Shown here piece after piece: positions 17,750-26,060 of a DNA stretch of 64,000 nucleotides. Source of the stretch: Phycisphaerae bacterium (lineage in GTDB: Bacteria; Planctomycetota; Phycisphaerae; UBA1845); contig CAXXGO010000006.1 of the NCBI GenBank assembly GCA_963666835.2, forward strand, positions 2,240,001 through 2,304,000, read 5' to 3'. The position numbers were made by a program, and so were the translations under genes. How positions within the stretch are numbered: position 1 is the stretch's first letter; every line of letters begins with the position of its first letter. Below the pieces are notes generated by a model, which did no database searches, was not told the DNA's origin, and saw nothing but the letters and a program-made list of their open reading frames with translations.

Positions 17750-18982
17750 ATGAGCATGAGACATAAACGTATCATCTGCACCGTAGGAGTCTTCGCGACC
17801 GTCGCCTTGCCGCTGTTCTTGGCATTGACGACGCGAGGAGGAGAGGATTTCGCGCGACTGGAGCGCGTGGCCAGAGCCGAAGGCGACGAGTATGTCCAAT
17901 TGCGCGATGTGCTACTTGAGACGCACCCTGAACCGTGGGACGTTGGTGTTGCGGCGGGCCAGTCGTGGGATGCCGGGGTGATGGCGTTCATCCTGAACGC
18001 CCGCCGTGGTGCAAAGGAAGAATTCAAGGGTTGGGACGCGCAACGTCCTCAGCCGACAGCCTCTGGCCATAGTTACGACCTCTGCAGCAGGGATTGGACT
18101 AGCGCATGGGCATTCCTGATGGAAAAGACCTGGAAAGGGGAGACGGCTAGAGAGAGGGACGGTGCGGACTATGACCTCCAACAATACTGCAGAAGCGCCA
18201 TAGGGTCGGGTTACCTGGACCTTTGGCACGCCATATGGGACGAGTGCGACGATGAACGGTTCCGCTTGGTTGCGGTGCTTCAGTTGTGTTCGAATACGGA
18301 TCCATCCACCCAGCCAATTATCGTGGAGCTTCTGAAGGGCGGGAATGGCTCGTTGGACGCGCGTCGACTGAGGGGGCAGTGTATGAGTGGCCTGTGGTAC
18401 CGGGATACGGAGCAGACTGTGGACGCTGTTCTCGGCGTCTGGGATGCTCTGAGCAAGACCGGCCACTGGAAATACAGTGGGGCGGGCGTTCTGGCCAACA
18501 ACAGCAGCGAACGGGCGCGGCGGCTTATCCATAAGCTCGTACTCGACCCTTCCGAGGACGAAAAACTACGCGCTGAGACTGTGTGCCGGTGCTGCCTGCG
18601 GCCGCACCCGGGCGACCTCGAAGTGTTCCGCAAGTTTTTTGCCGGACCGGGTTCGGTTAAGATGAAAAGCGATGCACTACGCGGATTGTACAGGTATCCG
18701 CTCAATGGTATTCGGCCGCTTCTTCGAGAACTCCTGGTCGAGTCGACCGACCCTGGGATAATCGCCGACGCGGCAGTGACCTTGACCCAAGCGCACCGGT
18801 GGGCGAAAGACGTGCCGGAAGCGACGAAGGCTGAGGATATCGCATTGTTTGAGGAAGTGCTGCGTACGAAGGAGGGCTTATCGGGCGCTACGCGCGTCCA
18901 CATAGACATGTACATCCAGGAGCTCCGGGCCAAGCCGGGCGATCCGCGGCCGACGCTGCCGGATCCTCCGCAGGACAGGTGA
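17750..18982 (+). CDS. Exported HEAT-repeat protein, paralog C (mosaic of B and A)
   Basis: N-terminal part nearly identical to B, C-terminal part nearly identical to A; spacers 16178-16345 and 17582-17749 are near-identical. Confidence 0.75.
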   Translation: MSMRHKRIICTVGVFATVALPLFLALTTRGGEDFARLERVARAEGDEYVQLRDVLLETHPEPWDVGVAAGQSWDAGVMAFILNARRGAKEEFKGWDAQRPQPTASGHSYDLCSRDWTSAWAFLMEKTWKGETARERDGADYDLQQYCRSAIGSGYLDLWHAIWDECDDERFRLVAVLQLCSNTDPSTQPIIVELLKGGNGSLDARRLRGQCMSGLWYRDTEQTVDAVLGVWDALSKTGHWKYSGAGVLANNSSERARRLIHKLVLDPSEDEKLRAETVCRCCLRPHPGDLEVFRKFFAGPGSVKMKSDALRGLYRYPLNGIRPLLRELLVESTDPGIIADAAVTLTQAHRWAKDVPEATKAEDIALFEEVLRTKEGLSGATRVHIDMYIQELRAKPGDPRPTLPDPPQDR

Positions 18983-19003
18983 TGCACCGGAGGCCGGTGT
19001 GGC

Positions 19004-19233
19004 GTGCCTGATAACGACGACGAAGGGAAGGTGATTGTCGACAACACAGCGCCGACCGTAACGGGGTTTCAACCGCTCTAGAAGGCTGGAATCGGGCTGG
19101 GAAGGAGTAAGAAGAGCTGAGAATCCCTGTCAGTGCGGTTTGCGGGTAGGATAGCCACGCCGCCGCTGACGGTTCGGATGCAAGAGGACGCAGAACGCGT
19201 ACTGATCACCATAGCCGCTAATCTAATGCCGCT
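19004..19233 (+). repeat. Duplicate of ~5661-5890 (3' tail of the zincin gene plus spacer); gene relic at 19004-19081
   Basis: GTGCCTGATAACGACGA...CTCTAGAAGGCTGG...CTAATCTAATGCCGCTCC occurs at both places with few substitutions. Confidence 0.95.
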
Positions 19234-19798
19234 CCGCGACACCGAACGGGTTGATCCGTTCGGTGCCGCGGGTGGTTTGCGATGGGCGGTGCCAGTATGC
19301 GGGCAGTAGCGGAGTTTCTCTGGCGCGTGTTGCGCTGCAGGTCGGGAGTGCTGTGAAGGCGAAACCGTGTGCTGCGCGGTGGGCGACGTTTGTTGCGGCG
19401 ACGAATGTTGTGATCCGGAACGTTGTTGCGGGAACGGGGAGTGTTGCGCGGAGGAGTGTGAGGAGTGCCTGGACAACGGGTCGCTGTCGGGCGGAACGGT
19501 CAGTGTGGTGCCGCAGGTCGTGTGCATCGGGCAGACGATCATCTTTTCCGTCGACGGCGTGGTCGATAGCGGCGGTCTGAAGCGGGTTGATTGCTCCAGC
19601 ACCATCGACCTTCCGGCCGTGGAGCCGAGCTACACGTGGGTGATCACGAAGCCGGACTCGACCACGGAAAGCGGCTCGGGTGCGTCGGCCAACGTCACAA
19701 CCGACCAGGCCGGAGTCTACTCATGCACCTTCACGGCCAACGCCGACCGCGAGTGCCCGCCGGCGGATCTCGAACTCGCCCCGGCGGTCGGCACGGCG
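19234..19798 (+). repeat. Cassette head repeat copy 4 (5' portion more diverged)
   Basis: Hairpin retained; near identity to the other copies from ~19343. Confidence 0.9.
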
Positions 19799-21031
19799 GA
19801 CGAGTTGGTGGAAGTGACCGTTGAGGCAGAGGACGGGCTCATCGATTGCATGGAAGGACGAGTCGTTACGTTCACGGCAACGGTTGAGGGTGTTGTGCCG
19901 GAGAGCCAGAAGCCTATCGAGTACACTTTCCACTTTGAGCACGCGGATGGTACGCCGTGGACCCATACAATCGTGTCGCACATGTTGCAGGTGGACTACG
20001 ATGCCATCGCGTCACAGGTGCCGGAGGGCAATCCGGATCACTTCTTCGATACACCCATCTACGTCGAAGTGCAACTCCAGGCGTGCGATCCCGTGACGTC
20101 GGATACGCTGGATATTCGAGTCTATGAGCTGTGGATCAACGACTTTCGGCACCACGCCAGTGGCCGAGACTGGCAGGTTGTTGTTGGCGAGGCGATCGAG
20201 TATGCCGCCACGGCGTCATCGGACTGCACCAGCTGGGATTGGGATATGGAAGATGGGTTCCCCGATGTGTGGAATCCGTCGGGAGGTAATGCGAAGACGG
20301 GCGCCAACATGGTAATCCCTTTTACCGATCTTCCGGGGCTGGATGGCGATGATTTCGGCGACGAGTATGGCACCGTTAACGTGTTCTGCGAGGACGGGGA
20401 GGGAAACAACCACCGAGTCTACTCCGCCGATCTCGCGCCGCCGAGACTCGCCAAGGTGTTCTCTGATCCGGCGCTGGACACGAGTGGCAGCCCGCCTAAC
20501 CAAAGTTCTCCTCCATGTTGGTTTCTCTTCTGGCAGAATGGCGCATGTCCCGACCTAGATGAGTTCGAATACAGGCACATGAATGCGTACGGAGAGTCTC
20601 AAGTCATCTTCGGCTGGTTCTGGGATACACACATCCTTAGGGTCGGCATCCCAGCGGGCGGGACGCATTATCCCAATGGCCTATTGATCAACGGCGTGCA
20701 ATATGGAGGTGCATCGGGAATCGACTGCTGCGCGGAAGTGGTCGTTCATGAGATGCACCACAACGTCCTCTCCGTCGAAATAAACGACGGAGCGACAGAT
20801 ACTGATCCGGCGAATCCGCCCGCGGCACCGCACATCGGCGTTTGGTTGCCCGATGCCAGAGAACCCGGACTGGGATGCTCGAACGCGAATAAGGACACTT
20901 TCAATCTGGCAATTCTCAAGGCTCCGGTATACATTGGATATGGCGATAATGAGTACTCTGCCGTAACCACGGCACATGGAAGCATCGGTGTTGCAGCGAA
21001 GGACTGGTCTAAAGGAGGAAAGCAATGGTAG
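19367..21031 (+). CDS. Polymorphic module 4: Cys-rich head + Ig + HExxH zincin-like C-terminal domain; no proper start (frame open from 19310)
   Basis: PPCWFLFW, GIDCCAEVVVHEMHH, GDNEYSA, DWSKGGKQW; in-frame TAG at 19307 precedes RSFSGACCAAGRECC. Confidence 0.7.
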   Translation: MCCAVGDVCCGDECCDPERCCGNGECCAEECEECLDNGSLSGGTVSVVPQVVCIGQTIIFSVDGVVDSGGLKRVDCSSTIDLPAVEPSYTWVITKPDSTTESGSGASANVTTDQAGVYSCTFTANADRECPPADLELAPAVGTADELVEVTVEAEDGLIDCMEGRVVTFTATVEGVVPESQKPIEYTFHFEHADGTPWTHTIVSHMLQVDYDAIASQVPEGNPDHFFDTPIYVEVQLQACDPVTSDTLDIRVYELWINDFRHHASGRDWQVVVGEAIEYAATASSDCTSWDWDMEDGFPDVWNPSGGNAKTGANMVIPFTDLPGLDGDDFGDEYGTVNVFCEDGEGNNHRVYSADLAPPRLAKVFSDPALDTSGSPPNQSSPPCWFLFWQNGACPDLDEFEYRHMNAYGESQVIFGWFWDTHILRVGIPAGGTHYPNGLLINGVQYGGASGIDCCAEVVVHEMHHNVLSVEINDGATDTDPANPPAAPHIGVWLPDAREPGLGCSNANKDTFNLAILKAPVYIGYGDNEYSAVTTAHGSIGVAAKDWSKGGKQW

Positions 21032-22014
21032 GCGTGTTCTGTCGACGTGGCGCGTTTTTATGGTATCTGGCGACTGCAGTGGCGCCCATGGGTGGGCTTG
21101 GCCGCGTTGCGGCGGACGGACCAGAGCCTGGGTGCGATCGTCTCGCTCTTGAGTTGGTTTCCCCTGATGTCAAAGCACGCGAGGCGGCACTCGCCGAGTT
21201 GAATCGCGTGAGACGTCGGTCGAAGGGTGAATTCGACTTAGAACATAAGCTCCTGCTCTTTAAGCAGATTGTGGCATTGGACTCGCCAAACTACGCGTAC
21301 AGGGCGACCTGCTTCCTCGCAAAACTACCCGTGGATGATGAGGTTCTGACGTTGGCAAAGCGGGCCGTTGCGGACGAGAAGTGTGGATTGAGTCTGCTGA
21401 TCGGCAGTCTGGCGTACGCCGAAGGACATGCGCCGGAGGAGTTCGGCAGCTTCTTCAGAAGTCGCAAGTACGAGGAACATGACAAGGCAGTTTTGGCGCT
21501 GTTTGCAGCTTCGGAGGCGGTCCAGGAAATCAGACATGCGCACTTCGGGAGCTTGGTTGATAGCTACCTGACGTGGCAGCCGGGAGACGTGGCCGACACC
21601 GAGAACCCGTTCCGGCCGGCCATCCTGCGCGCCGGTAACTCCATCGTTCCCGAATTGCATGCCGCCTTGAGCACGTGTGGGCAAAACCGGGGATCGGCTA
21701 TCAAGGTCGTGTGGATACTGGGAGAGATCGGTAGTCCTGAGAGTTTCGACCTGTTACTGACTGAGTATTTGGCGGCCCCGTCTCACAGAGTTGGCATCTC
21801 CCTCGGGGCATGCCTCGGTAGCCTTAACGTGGAGCGACTTTTTGCGGAGATAGACGATACGCGGGTGCTGAAACAGCTTCTCAGTGACGTTTATGGGCGT
21901 GATTGGGGGCGTGTCGAGAGTTTCGCGTTGCCTGCAATAAGGAACGATATGATCAAGAACCTGCAAGTGATACGGGAGAACTGCAAACGCCGGAGTGTAC
22001 CGATGTTGGGCTAG
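21025..22014 (+). CDS. Exported HEAT-repeat protein, immunity candidate for module 4
   Basis: ATG overlaps the end of module 4; signal-like N-terminus; SPDVKAREAALAEL, VWILGEIGSPESFDLL. Confidence 0.7.
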   Translation: MVGVFCRRGAFLWYLATAVAPMGGLGRVAADGPEPGCDRLALELVSPDVKAREAALAELNRVRRRSKGEFDLEHKLLLFKQIVALDSPNYAYRATCFLAKLPVDDEVLTLAKRAVADEKCGLSLLIGSLAYAEGHAPEEFGSFFRSRKYEEHDKAVLALFAASEAVQEIRHAHFGSLVDSYLTWQPGDVADTENPFRPAILRAGNSIVPELHAALSTCGQNRGSAIKVVWILGEIGSPESFDLLLTEYLAAPSHRVGISLGACLGSLNVERLFAEIDDTRVLKQLLSDVYGRDWGRVESFALPAIRNDMIKNLQVIRENCKRRSVPMLG

Positions 22015-22160
22015 AGCGAACAGTGAGCTGGAGTATCGGTTCATAGGAAGGTCGCGACTGCTGCGTGCGGCGCGATCGGTTGTGGGCGGATGGACATGGT
22101 CCGTCGCTCGTCGGACCGACGCAGTGAGCTGTCGGACGAAGGCCGAAGGAGGAAAAAGGA

Positions 22161-23480
22161 ATGCTAGTATTCAGTATGGTACGGATCGCAGCCCGGTTGC
22201 GATTGTCCATGATTGTCACGGCTATGCTCGTGGTTATCGCGAGCGCGCACGCTCAGCAAGCGAAACGGATGACCGCGATGGCGTGTGATGACGCACGCGT
22301 GGCGCAGATCAATGCATGGGACGAGAAGACGATTCTGCGCGAGTTGGCCCGAATCCTCGGCACTCAATCCGGCGCCGAGGTCGACTGCAACCGGGTCGTG
22401 CTAAGAAGGGTCCGCGATATGAGCCTCGTCGCCGCTGAGGAGCAGTTAAGGACGTTCGTTGGCGAAGTGCGTCCGCCCTCCAAGTCGCACATTCGCGGTG
22501 AGAGCGATCCGCGATGGGCGATTAAGTATGATGTGATGGCTACCTTGCTGAGCTTTGATTTGGACAGGCGCGGGCTCGACAGTATCGAGGATCGCGCTGC
22601 ATACCTGTTTGCAGCAGTGGAGAAAAAGACGACGACAAAGAGCGATGTGATTAATGCCGAAATCATTTTGCTGCGAGATTGTGCGTCGGGGTTGACGGAC
22701 GTACTACTTAGAATGATCGACAGACCGGCTGGCGACGTGCTGCGGACTGTGGCGCTTGACGTTGGGCGAAATTCGGAGGATCTACGATTCGAGGATGAGC
22801 TTCTGGTGCGAATCGACGACATCCGAACGACCGACCCGGCTATGTATCGCCGGATGCTGGGCGTGCTTGGGGCGATCGGCAGCGAGAGGTCGGTTGCGTA
22901 CTTCGCCGGTCGTTTGAATGGTATTGACGGCGAAGAGAGGAGTGATGCGGCCAGCGGTCTGCGGCTTCTCGCGGCTCACGGGCGAACCAAGCAGGTGCGG
23001 GCGGCCGCCGATGAGGCACTCGCTCAGGAGGCTCCGGCCGCATCGGTGCCTGGGCAAGATAACCGAGATGGGGAGACGCCGGGGGAAGCCGACAGTCCGA
23101 GACGCGTCACGAAGGAAGAGAAGAAACCCAAGTTTGCACGGCCCGAGGAGGTCGGGGAAGACCTGTCCGGGTTGCCTTCGTCGGAACTACTGCGCCGGCT
23201 GGTTCGATCATCCGACAGGATTGAGCGCCGGAAGGCGGCGAAAACGCTCGGTGACAGAGAGCTCGGCAAAACCGGGGCAAAACCGGGGACAGTCAAAACC
23301 GGGGACAGTCACCGATTCACCGGGTCCTTTCCGCATGACCGTCGTGTCTTCTCCGTTGGCGCGCGGCTTCCTAAGGCGGCCCACGGGTATCGCCACGGCA
23401 CGCGAACCACCTTCGCCCGGACCGGGTTCCGCTCGCCGTACCGCAGCCCGCGCCACAGGTGCAACTCGTCCATAAAATAG
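22161..23480 (+). CDS. Exported HEAT-repeat protein, 3' end disrupted by REP/RAYT relic at ~23268
   Basis: AAGGAGG RBS; signal peptide ending ASAHA; LGVLGAIGSERSVAYF; a new HEAT unit (ERRKAAKTLGDRE) runs straight into repeat-derived KTGAKPGTVKTGDSH. Confidence 0.65.
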   Translation: MLVFSMVRIAARLRLSMIVTAMLVVIASAHAQQAKRMTAMACDDARVAQINAWDEKTILRELARILGTQSGAEVDCNRVVLRRVRDMSLVAAEEQLRTFVGEVRPPSKSHIRGESDPRWAIKYDVMATLLSFDLDRRGLDSIEDRAAYLFAAVEKKTTTKSDVINAEIILLRDCASGLTDVLLRMIDRPAGDVLRTVALDVGRNSEDLRFEDELLVRIDDIRTTDPAMYRRMLGVLGAIGSERSVAYFAGRLNGIDGEERSDAASGLRLLAAHGRTKQVRAAADEALAQEAPAASVPGQDNRDGETPGEADSPRRVTKEEKKPKFARPEEVGEDLSGLPSSELLRRLVRSSDRIERRKAAKTLGDRELGKTGAKPGTVKTGDSHRFTGSFPHDRRVFSVGARLPKAAHGYRHGTRTTFARTGFRSPYRSPRHRCNSSIK

Positions 23481-23673
23481 GTGACTGTCCCCGGTTTTAC
23501 CGTCCCCGGTTTTACCCAACCACCTTCGCCCGGACCGGGTTCCGCTCGCCGTACCGCAGCCCGCGCCACAGGTGCAACTCGTAGATAAAATAGGTGACTG
23601 TCCCCGGTTTTACCCCACTCGTAGATAAAATAGGTGACTGTCCCCGGTTTTACCCCGGTTTTACCGGTTTTAC
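23268..23673. mobile_element. REP-like repeat cluster with fragments of a REP-associated tyrosine transposase (RAYT/Y1) on the minus strand
   Basis: AAAACCGGGGACAGTCACC at 23295-23313, inverted at 23480-23498, 23593-23611 and 23633-23651; minus strand reads DELHLWRGLRYGERNPVRAKVVRVPWRYPW (RAYT YIxxNPVRA...YPWSS-like); 65-bp direct repeat 23405-23469/23518-23582. Confidence 0.8.
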
Positions 23674-24020
23674 GGGTTGGTGGAGCCCATTTGTGTTGAC
23701 GGGGCCGTCCACCGGGCGGCGTTTGAACCGGGGGTGGTTGAAGCCCGATGGGAGAAGCCCCAGGGCAACCGCGTCTAATCTGCTGCAGTCTGCGTGGCGG
23801 ACCACTATCGCAAGTTACGTTAAGAGAGGTCAGACGTCGACGATGCGATGTACCGGGCGCCGGTGTTCCAAGGCCGGAAGCCGCGATCGAGGTTTGAATG
23901 CGATTGCCCGCGGAGGCGCCCGCGGTGCGAGCAGGGGCATGGACATGATCCTGGGGCGTGGGTTACGATGTCCATCTGCCGGAGGGTCGGCGTTCTTCTT
24001 GGATTCGGATGCGGACAACG

Positions 24021-24743
24021 ATGAGCGGTTCCGAGCGGGCAGACAATAGGGGGGGCGTCGGAGTTAGTGCAATCGTAGCGATTGTGCTGCTCATCGGGTG
24101 TGGTGCGGCCTATCGGATTGCGACCGCCCGACTCGCGGATGTCTCGGGGTGTGTTCCGCTTCCTCGCGGCACGCTCGAGGCATTACCCACGAAGATTGGT
24201 TCATGGGTCGGGGAGGATATGCCGCTGTCCGAGGTGGTTGTCGAGGCCACCGATACCGATGATCACGTCAGCCGGGTTTACACGCGCTACGGCGGCGGGG
24301 TGGCGTTGTTCGTGGCCTATGGGGTACGTTTTCGTGACTTGGCCCCGCACCGCCCGGAGGTCTGCTATCCGGGTTCCGGCTGGGTACGTCAGGGTGCGGA
24401 GGTGATAGACGTGCCGTTGGCGGATGGATCGAGCCTGGCCGGTCAGCTTCATCACTTCGCCCGTGGAGCCTTTGACTCCGAGACTATTAGCGTACTGAAC
24501 TACTACATCGTGGATGGCAGGCACCATCAGGATATCTCGCGGCTTCGCTCGTTGGCCTGGCGGTTTGAGGCAGATGCGAAGTACGTCGCTCAGGTGCAGA
24601 TAGCTTCTTCTTTCGGAGAGTTCTTTGATCGTTCTGATGAGTTAGTGAAGACGTTCGCGTTCGATGCTGCGCCCGTGATCCGTGCGCTGCTGGAGGAGAA
24701 GGTGGCGGAGGCGATGTCGGGGCGAGAGACGAAACCGGATTGA
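24021..24743 (+). CDS. epsI: Exosortase-associated EpsI family protein
   Basis: N-terminal TM; LPTKIGSWVGED, SRVY, HRPEVCYPGSGW motifs; adjacent to exosortase. Confidence 0.85.
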   Translation: MSGSERADNRGGVGVSAIVAIVLLIGCGAAYRIATARLADVSGCVPLPRGTLEALPTKIGSWVGEDMPLSEVVVEATDTDDHVSRVYTRYGGGVALFVAYGVRFRDLAPHRPEVCYPGSGWVRQGAEVIDVPLADGSSLAGQLHHFARGAFDSETISVLNYYIVDGRHHQDISRLRSLAWRFEADAKYVAQVQIASSFGEFFDRSDELVKTFAFDAAPVIRALLEEKVAEAMSGRETKPD

Positions 24744-24814
24744 CGCTCTCCGGCACGGCATGAGGTGAGGGCACGACGTATGTATCATAGCCGTCTGCTC
24801 GTTGGAGGCGAGGC

Positions 24815-25714
24815 GTGACATCCTCAGGCAAAGCTGTTTCCGCGACGGACCCCGGGCAGGGCAAGATGTCGGCAATGTGGCTGCTGCCCACCTTGGTTGC
24901 CGGGGCTCTGTTGTGGTCGTATTGGCCGACCGCGTGTCCACTCTGGCATGAGTGGCAGACCGACAGTGATTACTCCGTCGGGCAGTTGGTTCCGCTTGCG
25001 GCTCTGTACCTCGTTTGGCAAGAGCGAAGGGCTTTGGCCAAGTGCGGGGCGACACCATGCTGGTGGGGGCTTGGAGTCATTCTTGTGGCACAGGCGGCCC
25101 GCGCCTTCGGCCTTCTGTTTCTCTACGAGTCCGCCGAGCGATACTCGCTCGTGCTGACCGTAGTCGGACTCACTCTCTTGATTGCGGGCCGGCAGGTTTT
25201 CTGGCGCGTCCGTTGGATATTGGCCTTTCTGTTCCTTATGGTGCCGTTGCCGGGGAAGATCCACAATCTCATATCGGGGCCTCTGCAATCGGTTGCGACG
25301 ACAAGCTCCGTGTTCGTCCTGGAGTTGTTCGGCGTTACGGTGACGCGCGAAGGGCATGTCATGGTGTTGAACCACGACACGCCGGTAGCTGTTGCAGAAG
25401 CGTGCAGCGGATTGCGCATGTTGACGGCGTTTGTGATCGTAGCCTCGATTCTAGCGTACGTGGTGAACCGGCCTGGATGGCAGAAGGCGACGCTGGTGCT
25501 TTCCAGTATTCCGATCGCGATTCTGTGCAACGTTGTGCGCTTGGTTGCCACTTCGGTGCTGTTCATGGTGGCGAGCAATGAAACCGCCGAGCGGTTCTTT
25601 CACGACTTCGCGGGCTGGACCATGATGCCGGTAGCCGTACTGGCTCTCGTCGCTGAGTTGTGGATCATGTCCAAATTGGTGGTGGATGCGCCGGTGGGGT
25701 CTAAAGCGCGCTGA
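24815..25714 (+). CDS. Exosortase (EpsH/archaeosortase family)
   Basis: Multi-TM protein with VAEACSGLR (Cys), NVVR (Arg) and HDFAG (His) triad motifs. Confidence 0.92.
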   Translation: MTSSGKAVSATDPGQGKMSAMWLLPTLVAGALLWSYWPTACPLWHEWQTDSDYSVGQLVPLAALYLVWQERRALAKCGATPCWWGLGVILVAQAARAFGLLFLYESAERYSLVLTVVGLTLLIAGRQVFWRVRWILAFLFLMVPLPGKIHNLISGPLQSVATTSSVFVLELFGVTVTREGHVMVLNHDTPVAVAEACSGLRMLTAFVIVASILAYVVNRPGWQKATLVLSSIPIAILCNVVRLVATSVLFMVASNETAERFFHDFAGWTMMPVAVLALVAELWIMSKLVVDAPVGSKAR

Positions 25715-26060
25715 TCGCGGCGGAATCAGGGGGTGGGCTTCGATCCGGAAGTGCTTGTCGTGGTCCCGGCCGTATTGAATGGGGGGGCATCGCGCGGCCG
25801 GGCCGCGACCGGCTTTCCCGGGGCGATCCACCCCGAGTGGCTACGTTGAAGCTAATCGGTGGCGTGAGGGGCATCTCGCGGTACTCTCGCCCGTGCGGGG
25901 AGCGGGCGCCGAGGGGTGGACGACCTCTGAACCGCCGGAAATCGATCGAGCGTTTGCCCGTATTAGGGGCTTGACCCGGGATTGGGCATGTGCGATACTA
26001 TTATCTTGTGTTTTTTCACTTTCTTGCGGGTACCGTGTACTTGCGCTTGGAGGGGCGAAA

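Noticed and set aside
1217..19271. Head hairpins as integron attC sites
   Set aside because: No RYYYAAC/GTTRRRY core boxes and no integrase in the window; the repeats extend ~500 bp into coding sequence
1256..21031. Diversity-generating retroelement explaining the repeats
   Set aside because: No reverse transcriptase, and differences between copies are not adenine-specific
23268..23673. CRISPR array
   Set aside because: Repeats are inverted and stuttered with irregular, duplicated intervening sequence; no cas genes
23674..25714. Functional link between the cassette array and the exosortase system
   Set aside because: No array protein has a PEP-CTERM-like tail, and a mobile relic separates the loci; adjacency alone is insufficient
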